Assembly (NCBI GenBank): GCA_951406725.2
Contig: OX597839.1
Location: 23,684,001 to 23,748,000, forward strand
DNA length: 64,000 nt
Direction: 5' to 3'
Source of the DNA: Octopus vulgaris
Lineage: Eukaryota
The notes beneath the pieces were generated by a model. It had not been told where the DNA came from. It was given only the letters and a program-made list of their open reading frames with translations, and did not search any database. The stretch's first letter is position 1. Each line of letters starts with the position of its first letter. The translations under genes and the position numbers were made by a program. Positions 23,942 through 37,679 of this stretch are shown here, one piece after another.

Positions 23942-24499
23942 TAAGACCCCCTTCTTTTCCCAGTTGTCAAAATAGTTGATTTGTGGACGTTGAGTGTTCA
24001 AGTCCAGCATCTTCTTCCCTTCTTCATCATTCATCAATGTCTCTGAAGAGACAGTTTTGATAAAAAAAATCTGCCACCTCTGCATTCTAGTTGTTGTCTA
24101 AATTGAAGCTTAAATAATACCAAAATGCAACTGAGGCATTGATTTTAAAGACAAGTAATTATTGATCAGCTTCAAAATCAATAATACTTCAATTTTTCAA
24201 TCAATATTTAAACAGTTTATTTTTTTAAAAAAAATACAAGTAACTAAGTTTTGATAGTAATATAGTTTAATGGGGGGGGGAGGCGGATGAGAAGTTGACA
24301 TACTTCATATATTAAATTCAAAAATGTTACTTAATTAACCCTTTACTTGCAGTAAGGGGAAACACCTGAGTTCAATTATTAATTCTGGCTAAGAAAGGTA
24401 AGGGAGATAACTTAGAAATCTTAATTCATTGAAATTAATTAAAAACCAGCATATTTTCAAATTCAACCACAATCAAATTGGTGATTAGTCACTCTGGGC

Positions 24500-24788
24500 T
24501 TGCTATATAATACTTTCCTGATTATTGCGGCCTTGCCAAGGAGACAAACACTTTGTAACAGTTCTACTGGGCACTCTATTCCAGTTTCCTTTATATTCCC
24601 CTTGATGCCTTCTGATACTGTTCCCAAGGACCCAACAATAATTGGCACTATCTTCACCTTCTTCATTTTCCATAGCTTGGCTATTTTATACTTAAGAGGG
24701 CTGTATCTATCTATTTTTCCACCTTCCTTCTTGACTATTCATAGGTCAAAGGGACATGCAACATCAACTACATAGCACATGTGGTGCT
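24500..24788 (-). mobile_element. R4/Dong-like RLE C-terminal fragment next to (TAA)n
   Basis: CYVVDVACPFDL*..KIDRYSPLKYKIAKLWKMKKVKIVPIIVGSLG..LLQSVCLLGKAAIIRKVL. Confidence 0.8.
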
Positions 24789-24789
24789 A

Positions 24790-24838
<49 letters not shown>

Positions 24839-25269
24839 GAGTGAGAGAGCAGTTCATGCCATCAAAGTGACACTGGGGTAAAATATACGAAGCCCAGTAT
24901 ACCCATCATGACTACCCGTCTGGTAAGGGTACACCAGGCACATGCATCACAACCATATGTGCGCGACATGGTGATCTCATATCAAGATAAACAGCACATG
25001 ACCTTGCAGGTGGGGCCCAGTTAGAATTTTCTTCAGGTTGAGTAGCCCATCCCACTCAGAAGGTCCCTGAATAAGGGTTGTTTTAAGGATGTTGAAAGAA
25101 CCACCCATGTTTCCAGAGGTGAATTATTCAAACCCCAAAGAATCCCTCTGAACACACGTCTATGATGCTCCCCCACTACTTCTGCTCATGATCAGAGATG
25201 CACATATCGTCAGCCACTAAGGGACATGCTCAACTGGTTAAGGTCAAACAACTGACAAGCAAATCTGTG

Positions 25270-25270
<1 letters not shown>
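24839..25270 (-). mobile_element. Insertion between two (TAT)n tracts, probably the 3' end of a TAA-targeted retroelement
   Basis: Bounded by (TAT)n at 24789-24838 and 25271-25312; only weak RLE-like remnants in translation. Confidence 0.45.
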
Positions 25271-25312
<42 letters not shown>

Positions 25313-25313
<1 letters not shown>

Positions 25314-25785
25314 TAAAGGGCACCATTTAAAGGGTACCATTTGAGCGTGATCGTTACCAGCATTACCAGCGTCGCCTTACTGGCACTTGTGCCCGAGCTT
25401 GTAGGGTGCCAAGAGCACCATCCGAGTGTGATCGTTGCCAGAGCAGCAAACTGGCTTCCATGCCAGTGGCACGTAAAAGGGCACCATTCAAGCGTGATCG
25501 ATACCAATGTCGCCTTACTGGCACCTGTGCTGGTGGCATGTGTAAAAGGATTCGAGCGAGGTCATTGCCAGTACCACCTGACTGGCTCCCGTGCCGGTGG
25601 CACGTAAAAAGCTCCAACTACACTCTCGGAGTGGTTGGCATTAGGAAGGGCATCCAGCTATAGAAACTCTGCCAAATCAAGACTGGAGACTGGTGCAACC
25701 ATCTGGTTCACCAGCCCTCAGTCAAAATCGTCCAACCCATACTAGCATGGAAAGCAGACGTTAAACGATGATGATGATGATGATT
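25313..25785 (+). mobile_element. Family B variant with (GAT)n tail
   Basis: Repeated ggcaccatt..agcgtgatcg units, then ggttggcattaggaagggcatccagc..ccaacccatactagcatggaaagcagacgttaaacgatgat. Confidence 0.7.
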
Positions 25786-25797
25786 ATTATTATTATA

Positions 25798-25842
<45 letters not shown>

Positions 25843-26330
25843 TTTATCATTATTATTATTATCATTATTCTGTCTTTATATTCTGAGTTCAAATTCCATC
25901 GAGGTCAACTTTGCCTTTCATCACTTCAGCATCGACTAAATAAGCATCGGCCGAGTACTAAGATTGACCCTATTGAATTACTCCATCCCTCAAACACTGC
26001 TGGCCCTCTACCAAAATTTGAAACCACCATCATTATCGTTGTTGTTGATAGTGCCCAATCACTGTTTGACCAACAATGAGGGAAGTAACACCGATATTAT
26101 TGCCGTTCCAAACTCAATAATCTCCTGTTACAACAGCCAACAGCCAGATGATATCATCTGATAGCGTATTCACGTGGATAGCGTATTCCATCTTTCTGTA
26201 ATTTCCAACTTAATTTTCATAGAGTCTTCATCGGTGTGAAATCTGCCCTTACCTTCTGTAATGGAGGGCATGCATACACACACACGGGTCTTTGCATATG
26301 CATCCATACATATATGTATGGGTGTGTGCA

Positions 26331-26995
<665 letters not shown>

Positions 26996-27317
26996 ATACA
27001 TTTAGATACAGTCACACAAATAATGGTCTACCGTTTGTAAATTAATTGTAATTAAGCAAGTATCAACTGATATTGGTGGTGTTGTTGTTGTTGTAATCCA
27101 ATTATCCTCTTTAATGAACAGCAATGAAGGTCTACAAACACTTCAGGTATTTACTATGTTACCTTCATAGCCGCAACTTCAAAACAGCGACAAATCATCA
27201 TCATCATCACCATTGTCATCATCATCGTCATCATCACCATTATCACTACAATCATCACATTGACATCATTATCAGCAACAACAACAGCTCCAGCAACAAG
27301 TCATACAGTAAATGCTA

Positions 27318-27485
27318 GGCGCAGGAGTGGCTGTGTGGTAAGTAGCTTGCTAACCAACCACATGGTTCTGGGTTCAGTCCCACTGCGTGGCACCTTGGGC
27401 AAGTGTCATCTATAGCTTCAGGCCGAACAAAGCCTTGTGAGTAGACTTGGTAGATGGAAACTGAAAGAAGCCTGTCGTATATATG

Positions 27486-27520
<35 letters not shown>

Positions 27521-27733
27521 GTCTGTGTTTGTCCCCCTAGCATTGCTTGACAACCGATGCTGGTGTGTTTACGTCCCCGTCACTTAGCGGTTCGGCAAAA
27601 GAGACCGATAGAATAAGTACTGGGCTTACAAAGAATAAGTCCCGGGGTCGATTTGCTCGACTAAAGGCGGTGCTCCAGCATGGCCGCAGTCAAATGACTG
27701 AAACAAGTAAAAGAGTAAAAGAGAGAAAAGAGA
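27318..27733 (+). mobile_element. Full-length SINE family A
   Basis: As at 17415. Confidence 0.9.
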
Positions 27734-27739
27734 GATATA

Positions 27740-28266
27740 TAAAATTGAATAAGGGTAGAAATTGATATTAATCAATTAAAACCAGTAGCCCAGCATATTA
27801 AAAAAATCCGAAGATTAAAATATTTTTGCATACAAAATTTAAAGGACTGACCACTAAAAGTGGACGGTCAACATGCTAGATATAGACGTCAAATCGCTAT
27901 TTTCCACAAAGAATATGTTCTCAAATAAAAACTCAGCACAAACCAAAGCGTAAAAAATAAGCAAGACAAATGAAAATATACGAAATAAAAATGATTACCC
28001 ATGTACCGATCAGTTTCGATTGTTAATATCTGCAACGATAAACTGCAATCTCGTCAGCATGGTCTGTCATATAGAAATACAATTTGCAGGACTAGATGCA
28101 AAAACGTTTGACTGAAGTCTCGCATGCATGGAGTCCAACCGATTATATTTTTGTGTATCTTTCAATTGCTTTCACTTTTGTGGAAAATAGCGATTTGACG
28201 TCTATATCTAGCATGTTGACTGTCCACTTTTAGTGGTCAGTCCTTTAAATTTCGTATGTAAAAATA

Positions 28267-28267
<1 letters not shown>
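27740..28267 (-). mobile_element. Penelope-like terminal-repeat remnant with inverted arms
   Basis: Inverted repeat 27820-27910 / 28177-28267 enclosing a hammerhead. Confidence 0.65.
27999..28062 (-). ncRNA. Type I hammerhead ribozyme, canonical core
   Basis: CCATG-CTGACGA-GATTG..CAATC-GAAA-CT gatc GG-TA-CATGG; GUA site. Confidence 0.8.
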
Positions 28268-28303
<36 letters not shown>

Positions 28304-28331
28304 ACACGTGTTTATATGTCTATATATGTGT

Positions 28332-28565
28332 GGAGGCATGTGGCTTAGTGGTTAAGGTGTCAGCATCATGATCGTAAGATCTTGGTTTCGATTCCTGGAC
28401 CGGGTAACGCGTTGTGTTCTTGAACAAAACACCTCATTTCACGTTGCTCCAGTCCATTCAGCTGACAAAATGAGTAACGCTGCAATGGACTGACATCCCA
28501 TCCAGCTGGGGAACACATACACCATTGAAACCGAGAAACTGGGCCCATGAGCCTGGCTAAGCTTT
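28332..28565 (+). mobile_element. tRNA-derived SINE family D
   Basis: A box TGGCTTAGTGG, B box GGTTTCGATTCC, then ttgtgttcttgaacaaaacac..ctccagtcca.tcagctg..aaaatgagta. Relatives at 34088-34330, 34348-34495 and 44128-44368 (-). Confidence 0.75.
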
Positions 28566-28586
28566 AAAAGGGGGCATTTATATTTT

Positions 28587-28631
<45 letters not shown>

Positions 28632-28650
28632 TATATATATATATACATAC

Positions 28651-28681
<31 letters not shown>

Positions 28682-28724
28682 CATATATAGATATATACAT
28701 ATATATATATATACACATATATAT

Positions 28725-28763
<39 letters not shown>

Positions 28764-28892
28764 TAAATGAAAGAATGGAGTCGAACGAAGATGTTAACAA
28801 AATTCCTTATCTCTCGACTTGCTACCCAGGTTTCGGTTAAACGAATTTTCCATGCTGACGATAAACATAGGATAATTCATTCACCTACTTAA

Positions 28893-28947
<55 letters not shown>

Positions 28948-28995
28948 TATATAATAATAATAATAATATTAGGCAGTTTTATCTCTAATTTAATT

Positions 28996-29063
<68 letters not shown>

Positions 29064-29081
29064 CATATGTATATATATATG

Positions 29082-29138
<57 letters not shown>

Positions 29139-29319
29139 AGTATTTGTATTTGGTTTGCAACTCTTGAACACAAGTTCAAAAGAAATGTAAGTGGAGAGAC
29201 ATGTCACTGAAGAGACTGCAACAATACAATGAAATAATTATTTGACAAAAAAAAAGGAAATGGCAACACTAACAATACTCAACATTTGAATGTTTAACTG
29301 TTTGACGAAAGTGTTTAAC

Positions 29320-29718
29320 AGGCACAGGAGTGGCTGTGTGGTAAGTAGCTTGTTTACCAGCCACATGGTTCCGGGTTCAGTCCCACTGCATGGCATCTTG
29401 GGCAAGTGTCTTCTACTATAGCCTCGGGCCGACCAAAGCCTTGTGAGTGGATTTGGTAGATGGAAACTGAAAGAAGCCCGTCGTGTATATGTATATATAT
29501 ATATATGCGTGTGTGTATATATGTTTGGGTTTGTCCCCCTAGCATTGCTTGACAACCGATGCTGGTGTGTTTGCGTCCCCGTCACTTAGCGGTTCGGCAA
29601 AAGAGACCGATAGAATAAGTACTGGGCTTACAAAGAATAAGTCCCGGTGTCGATTTGCTCGATTAAAGGCGGTGCTCCAGCATGGCCGCAGTCAAATGAC
29701 TGAAACAAGTAAAAGAGT
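29320..29718 (+). mobile_element. Full-length SINE family A
   Basis: As at 17415. Confidence 0.9.
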
Positions 29719-29809
29719 ATATAAGTTTGAAAAACTACTAAAAAGCGGCTGATCGATAAATTGGTCAATGGAGTAACTAATCTATTAACTAACTCATCCT
29801 CGGAAATTT

Positions 29810-30012
29810 CCAGGGAGAAACACAGACACACAAAGATATACATACACACACACATACATATACATAAACACACATATACAACAGGCTTCTTTCAGTCTCC
29901 GTTTACCAGATCCTCTTACATGGCTTTGGTCGGTCCAAAGCTATAGTAGAAAACACTTACCCAAGGTGCCATGCAGTGGGACTGAACCCAGAACCATGTG
30001 GCTGGGAAGCAA
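29810..30012 (-). mobile_element. Partial SINE family A
   Basis: cccaaggtgccatgcagtgggactgaacccagaaccatgtgg. Confidence 0.7.
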
Positions 30013-30248
30013 ATATATATATATAAGTGCTGCAGTGGCTGTGTGGTAAAAAGCTTACTTCTCAACCACGTGGTTCCTGGGGTCGATTTGTTCAACTAAA
30101 AGCCTTCAAGACGCTGCCTCAGCATCACAACAGTCATATCTGTGTGTGTGTGTGTGCGTGTGCTCGCGTGCAGCCCACCCCCACCTCCACTGTTGTTGCT
30201 TTGTTTATTTCCCTATGATGGTGTCATGATGATGATATATATATATAT

Positions 30249-30279
<31 letters not shown>

Positions 30280-30576
30280 AAGAGAGAGACACAGAGAGAG
30301 AGAGATAGATAGATAGATAGATAGATAGATGCTGATATATATTATATATATGCATGTGTATGTGTGTGTATATATATATATATATATACACACACACATG
30401 TGTAAGTATGGACATTTGAATGGGAAGATAGAATGGTAGGTGGTTAAATCGATGGATGTATGTATAAATGTAAGCCTCTGTATATGTGTGTATACATACA
30501 TATATATATATATATATATATGCACACACACACACACATGTATGAATATATATGAGTATTTAACACACTGTTAATT

Positions 30577-30611
<35 letters not shown>

Positions 30612-31036
30612 GCAAACACACAAACACACACACATTCCAGTGTTTGACATGCACTGCAATCCACAATAATTCTGAAGATTTGAATATAATGCAAATTAGT
30701 CACCTGGATTAATGATTAAACAACTCCACCAACAGGATATCTTTCTTTAAAATGACAATTTACACTGAATCAATTATTTATAAAGATGCATACGTTATCT
30801 TTCTCTGGAATAATTTCAGGGCTAATGAACATGTCAAACGAACTGGAGTTGCTTAACGAGCGAAACATGCTGATTTCAATCCTTTGGGATTCATTAGTTT
30901 TTACAAAGTGCAGGTCATGTCTTCTTGACACTGTTGGCAATGGAATTTAAAACCAGCTTTCATATGACCAAACAGAGGTTGGATTTGGCTTGTAATGGCA
31001 AGGGGCCCCTTATTCTAACTTTACCCTCCACCTGGG

Positions 31037-31699
31037 TACTCTCTCTCTTTACTCTAACTCTTTTACTTGTTTCAGTCATTTGACTGCGGCCATGCTGGAG
31101 CACCGCCTTTAATCGAGCAACTCGACCCCCGGAACTTATTCTTTGTAAGCCCAGTACTTATTCTATCGGTCCCTTTTGCCGAACCGCTAAGTGACGGGGA
31201 CATAAACACACCAGCATCGGTTGTCAAGCAATGCTAGGGGGACAAGCACAGACACACAAACACACATATATATACATATATATATTTCTTTACTACCCAC
31301 AAGGGGCTAAACACAGAGGAGACAAACAAGGACAGACAAAGGGATTAAGTCGATTACATCGACCCCAGTGCGTAACTGGTACTTTATTTATCGACCCCGA
31401 AAGGATGAAAGGCAAAGTCGACCTCGACGGAATTTGAACTCAGAACGTAACGACAGACGAAATACCGCAAAGCATTTCACCCAGCGCGTTAACGTTTCTG
31501 CCAGCTCGCCGCCTTTATTATATATATACATATATACGACGGGCTTCTTTCAGTTTCCGTCTACCAAATCCACTCACAAGGCTTTGGTCGGCCCGAGGCT
31601 ATAGTAGAAGACACTTGCCCAAGGTGCCACGCAGTGGGACTGAACCCGAAACCATGTTGTTGGTAAGCAAGCTACTTACCACACAGCCACTCCTGCGCC
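31037..31699 (-). mobile_element. SINE family A with a nested family C SINE (about 31288-31514, -)
   Basis: Both A halves flank ctggtactttatttatcgaccccgaaaggatgaaaggcaaagtcgacc..tttctgccagctcgccgcc. Confidence 0.85.
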
Positions 31700-31750
31700 T
31701 ATATGTGAATAAACAAAATAAATAGTTTCATATACAGCTCAGAAGTAACG

Positions 31751-31950
31751 ATTGCAGGCAAATTGATGGACAGAATCATAAAAATAATTCAGGAGAATAA
31801 CAATAACTGGCCTATCTCTCAGCAACCATGTTTGTTCATTGCAGGCAAACTAGTGGACAGAGACACAGAGAAAAGTACAGGAGACGAACAATAATAGGCC
31901 TTTCTAACAACTAAGATATTTGTTAGGCAAACTAATGGACAGAATCACAA
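31751..31950. repeat. Diverged tandem repeat, unit about 87 bp, about 2.3 copies
   Basis: aggcaaa.t..tggacaga occurs three times. Confidence 0.7.
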
Positions 31951-32289
31951 AAAACAAGGTCGAACCCACAAGAGTAAGCAAGAGAGACACAAAAAGGCAG
32001 AAACAAGAAAAATGCCCCTTGTATTTGAATTCTATGCAAATATCCTTTTAAAAATCTTTTCCTTTAATTTTTCCACAATTTAATTGTTTTCCATGCTTAA
32101 ATTTGAAAAAGTCTCAATGACTGAAACCGGTACTGAAATGTTTTTTATAAAATTATTTTAACATTTTCTACCTTGACTTTTTTTTTCCATATATATATAT
32201 ATATCAACTCATTCATCTACACACACACACACACACACACACATATATGTATACATATATATATATACATAAATATATATCATATCACA

Positions 32290-32579
32290 CACATGATCAC
32301 ATGACCGACCAGACCATCAGATGTTGCTACACATCGCTGGTCACAATGCGTTCGCATTGTTTTAGCCTTCGAACGACGCCACCCCGCTGGCTAAGCGAGC
32401 AGGCCAACAGAAGAAAGAGTGAGAGAAAGAGTGGTGAAAGAGTACAGCAGGGGCCACCACCCCCTGCCGGAGCCTCGTGGAGCTTTTAGGTGTTTTCGCT
32501 CGATAAACACACACAACGCCTGGTCTGAGAATCGAAACCGCGAGTCTGCTGCCCTAACCACTGGGCCATTGCGCCTCCA
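32290..32579 (-). mobile_element. tRNA-derived SINE family E (same head as 63463-63845)
   Basis: Minus strand GGAGGCGCAATGGCCCAGTGGTTAGGGCAGC..GGTTTCGATTC. The 3' part recurs at 46540-46650. Confidence 0.75.
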
Positions 32580-32598
32580 CACATAAATATATATATAT

Positions 32599-32640
<42 letters not shown>

Positions 32641-33000
32641 TTTTACTTGTTTCAGTCATTTAATTACGGTCATGCTGGAGCATCTCCTTGAATTTTTTAG
32701 TCGCATGAATCGACCCCAGTATTTACTTTTTAAGCCTGATACTTATTATATCAGTTTCTTTTACTGAACTGCTAAGCTATGGGGACATGAACACACCAAC
32801 AATGCTTGTCAAGCAGTGATGGGGGGGACAAACACAGACATACACACACATAAATATATGCATTCATGTGTATGTGTGTGTGTGTGTGCATGAGTGTGTG
32901 TATATAGACATACATACATACATACATATATGCACAAGTGAGTCTAAGAGAGCATAAGTCAGGGAAAAGATGCACTCATATATCTGTCAGTAGAGTGGGT

Positions 33001-33335
33001 ATATTATCCGAAATCTATAGTATTAAATATGAGTCACAGTTGATCTTACCAATCTGTTTCCCGTAAAGAAATGGAGTGTTAGGTAACAATCCGATTATGT
33101 AACTTTACGCTCATCAGAGTTAGCTGATATGGAAGGGAATATGGCAACTGCTCTCTATTATTGAACCTCTGACAACAGAGAGTAGCAGTCGCCATATTCC
33201 CTTCCATATCAGCTAACTCTTATGAGCGTAAACTTATATGATCGGATTGTTACCTAACACTCCATTCCTTTACGTGAAACAGATTGGTAAGATCAACTGT
33301 GACTGATATTTAATACTATACATTTTGGATAATAT
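33001..33335. mobile_element. Palindromic Penelope-like remnant with a hammerhead motif in each arm, nested in a SINE A copy (32639-33475, -)
   Basis: Arms of about 155 bp. Left arm (-) reads CTGATGA-GCGTAAAG..CTTTACGG-GAAA-CAGATTGG-TA; the right arm core has mutated to CTTATGA. Confidence 0.7.
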
Positions 33336-33526
33336 ATACATACAATGAGCTTCATTCAGTTTCTGTCTCCCAAGTCCACTCGCAATGCTTTGGTTGGCCC
33401 GAGGTCGTTGTAGAAGACACTTGCCCAAGGTGCCACGCAGTGGGACTGAAACTTCTTACCACACAGTTACGCCTGTGTCTATACAGTCATGCATGTGCCT
33501 GTAAAATACCTATGGGCTCATCCAGG

Positions 33527-33560
<34 letters not shown>

Positions 33561-34551
33561 ATGTATGTATAGCTTATATCCATTTAAAAGAAGGAAGAAG
33601 AGGAAGATTAAGAAGTTAATTGTTTATTAACCACAAATTAGTCATCTTGTGTATGTGTGTGTGTGTGTGTGTGTGTATGAATACACACACACACGTATGC
33701 ATGTGTGTTTGTGCGTATGTGTATGTATACACGTGTGCACACATGTTTGTGTGTGTGTGTGCATGTGTGTTTGTACGTGGGTATTTTCTGTTTTTGCAAG
33801 ACACCATTTTGTAGCTGAAATAGGGACAAAGTCACTTTACTTTCTGGACATTTGGCATGTAAAGATCCAGAAGAAATACTAAAAGGACATTTTTTCCACT
33901 GGTCAAAGAATTCTGTTAGTCTATTGTCTGGGACTATCATTTTATTTTATCGGCCCCAGAAGGATGGAAAGCATAAATGATCTGTACCAGATTTGAACTC
34001 AGAATGTAAAAATCCAAAAGACATTCTTATAGGACATTTTGTTCAGTGGTCAAACAATTCTTTCAATCCATTGTCCTGGACTTGTTGAAGCACATGGCTT
34101 AGTGGTTAGGGTATTGGACTTACAATCATAAGATTGTGGTTTCAATTCCTGGACTAGTAAACATGTTGTGTTCTTGAGCAAAACACTTCATTTCAGTCCA
34201 CTTAATACCCCCAGCCCGCTAAGTTGGCAAAAGTGAGTAATCCTGTGAGGGATTAGCATCCCATCAAGGTGGAGGATATATACACCATGAAACCGGCCCT
34301 TATGAGTTGGTATGACTCAAGAAGGTAACTTTACTTAACTTTTTGTGGAGGTGCATAACTGCTTAATGGATAGGGTGTCAGCATCATGATCGTAAGATTG
34401 TGGTTTCAATTCCTGGACTGGGCGACATGTTGTGCTCTTGAGCAAAACACTTCATTTCATGTTGATCCAGTCCACTCAGCTGGCAAAAATGAGTTGATCC
34501 TGGATATTTTGTCCAATGGTCAAACAATTCCTTCATGCCATTGTCCAGGAA

Positions 34552-34763
34552 TACTCTTTTACTTGTTTCAGTCATTTGACTGCGGCCATGCTGGAGCACT
34601 GCCTTTAATCGAGCAACTCGACCCCAGGACTTATTCTTTGAAAGCCCAGTACTTATTCTATCAGTCCCTTTTGCTGAACCACTAAGTGACGGGGACATAA
34701 ACACACCAGCATCGGTTGTCAAGCAATGCTAGGGAGACTAACACAGACACACATACATACACG

Positions 34764-34817
<54 letters not shown>

Positions 34818-34982
34818 TACAACGGGCTTCTTTCAGTTTCCGTCTACCAAATCCACTCACAAGGCTTTGGTCGGCCCGAGGCTATAGTAGAAGACACTTG
34901 CCCAATGTGCCACGCAGTGGGACTGAACCTGGAACCATGTGGTTGGTAAACAAGCTACTTACCACACAGCCACTCCTGCGCC
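34552..34982 (-). mobile_element. Full-length SINE family A
   Basis: As at 12176. Confidence 0.9.
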
Positions 34983-35448
34983 TTTATTTTATGGTGCTTT
35001 ATTTTATTTTATTGGCCCCAGAATGATAAAACACAAAGTTGACCTTGACAAGATTTGAACTCAGAATTCAAAGAACTAAAATATATGACACAAAACATTT
35101 TGTCCGATGCTCAACCGATTCCATTAACTTATTTGATCAACACCAAAAGGATGAAAAGAAAAGTTTATCTCAGAATTTAAAGGGCAGTAACAGGTATCAC
35201 AAGGTATTTCAAGTGATGTTCTATTGATTCTGTTAATTGACTTAATTAAAAACAAATACTCGTTACATGAATGGAACTGGTGGCCCCTTTTTTGTTTTTT
35301 ACAAGTCAGTGAAATTAGTATTGCATTAAGTTTGATGTCAGCCCTAAATGGACTTGGTTTTCTTTCCTTCTCCTTGCTTTCTGTCAAGAAAAGGAAGAAG
35401 AAGAAGAAAAAGAAGAAGAACAACAACAACAACAAGACAATATTCACA

Positions 35449-35489
<41 letters not shown>

Positions 35490-35671
35490 AATGATGATGA
35501 TGGAGAGGAGGGAAGGGAAGAGGGGGAGTAGGAGGGGAGGGGTGTAGATGAGGAGGAGGGGTTCTGGGTTCAGTCCCACTGCATGGCACCTTGAGTAAGT
35601 ATCTTCTACTACAACTTCAAGCTGACCAATGCCTTGTGAGTGGATTTGATAGACAGAAACTGAAAGAAACC

Positions 35672-35723
<52 letters not shown>

Positions 35724-35929
35724 TGAAATAGAAAGATGAATAATCTTGTTGCAGATTAATCAAAAGTTTAACCGATACCTTGGTAGCAAAAATCACAGCA
35801 GAAGACAGCATGGTTGGAGGTACAACCATATGGTGTTGCAACCGTGCGTTGGTGCGGATCGAAACACGTATAGAATGCAATAAAACGATTTCTGTTCAAT
35901 CTTCGTTCAACTCCATTTCTTCAATTCAC

Positions 35930-35966
<37 letters not shown>

Positions 35967-36139
35967 GTATATGTATATATATGTATACGTGTGTGTGAGT
36001 GTCTTTGTCCCCCGTCATCACTTGACAACTGGTGTTGGTGTGTTTACGTCCCTGTAACTTAACTGTTCAGCAAAAGATATCGATACACACACACACACAC
36101 ACGACAGTATCTCAGAGTCAACCAGACCATCAGATGCTA

Positions 36140-36462
36140 ATACTTATTTTATTGATCTCTTTTAGCGAACCGCTAAGTTACAGGGATGTAAACACACCAA
36201 CATTGCTTGTCAAGCAATGGTAGAGGGACAAACATAGACACACAAATACATATAAACATATACATACATACATACATACAAACATATATATATATATATA
36301 TGATGGGCTTCTTTTAGTTTCCGTCTACCAAATCCACTCACAAGGCTTTGGTTGGCCTGAGACCATAGTGATAGACACTTGCCCAAGGTTCCACACAGTG
36401 GAACTGAACCTGGAACCATGTGGTTGGGAAGCAAGCTCCTTACCACACAGCCACTCCTGCAC
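36140..36462 (-). mobile_element. SINE family A
   Basis: Head and core intact; tail truncated. Confidence 0.8.
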
Positions 36463-36489
36463 CTATATAAATATATGTATATAATTCAC

Positions 36490-36548
<59 letters not shown>

Positions 36549-36744
36549 CACATACACACGCAACTGAGGTGTTTTTAGACAGTATGTGCGCATGTGTGTG
36601 CTCTTCATTTGGCAACTCCATCCTCTCCAGTCTCCTCCCCAACCCCATCTCTCTGTCAACCAATCATAACACAAACTTCCACCTCTTGTTTGAAGATATT
36701 GATTACAGGATCTAATTAATCCATAGCATGCACTCATCACACAA

Positions 36745-37037
36745 ACATAACCACCACCACCACCGCCCACCACCACCACCACCACAACCACTGCCACCAC
36801 AACCACCGCCACTGCTATTACTACAATGACCATTATCTCCACCATCATCATTGCGGTCGTCCTCGTTGTCATCATCCTCATTAGTACCATCGCCATCTTC
36901 CATTCCTCCTCATTATCATCCTGGTTGTCATCATTATTGTCATCATCCTTATCAACACTACCATCGTCATCTTCATGATCATCATTGTCATCATCATCAT
37001 CATCAACACCATTAGTATCATCACCATCACCACCACC

Positions 37038-37068
<31 letters not shown>

Positions 37069-37082
37069 CCGCCACCACCATC
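36745..37082. repeat. (CAC/CAT)n low-complexity tract
   Basis: Direct reading. Confidence 0.9.
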
Positions 37083-37679
37083 AATTTCAGCCCAACCCAA
37101 CAAGCTATCTTCACATCCATGTTCACACTCAAACATACACCATTCAGGTCCATGGTCGTTTCACTGGCTAGAAATAACAACCAGATTAATCATAAATCGG
37201 GCCTTTTCATCTTTAGAAAAGAAGGACACACTACATATAATGTAGTCCTAGATACACTGCTCCTGGACAAAATAACACAGAGGAGAACACCTTTATGTGT
37301 CAGACAATAAAAGTTGACCTGGGACTAATAAATAACCTGACTGGATGGTCATGAATGGAATTTATGTCATGACATGCCTGACAACAAGACTTGACTTCAG
37401 ACTAAACAAGACTGGATGGTCACAGATGGAATGTTATTGAACATAACTGCAAATATATAGGTATTGCAAGATGGTATGATCAGCTATCTATAAATAGATA
37501 CCATTTATCACAATTTTTTACTATTCGTTATGTAGCTAAATTAGATTAAGTTAAGTTAAATGTCCTTGTCATGTCTTGCCTAATTGTTTGCCTTTCCCCT
37601 ATTCCTCTATTTTAACCTACACCTACTGACTCAAAGGGAAGCCACTTCTAGCCATTTTCAGCAAGACAATCACTTACAC

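Noticed and set aside
28800-28892. AACC-GAAA-CCTGGG-TA on the minus strand and CTGACGA on the plus strand
   Set aside because: The two halves lie on opposite strands, and the minus-strand motif is truncated before any core.
35790-35880. CAGAAGA ... GAAACACGTA
   Set aside because: No convincing stem I or stem II.
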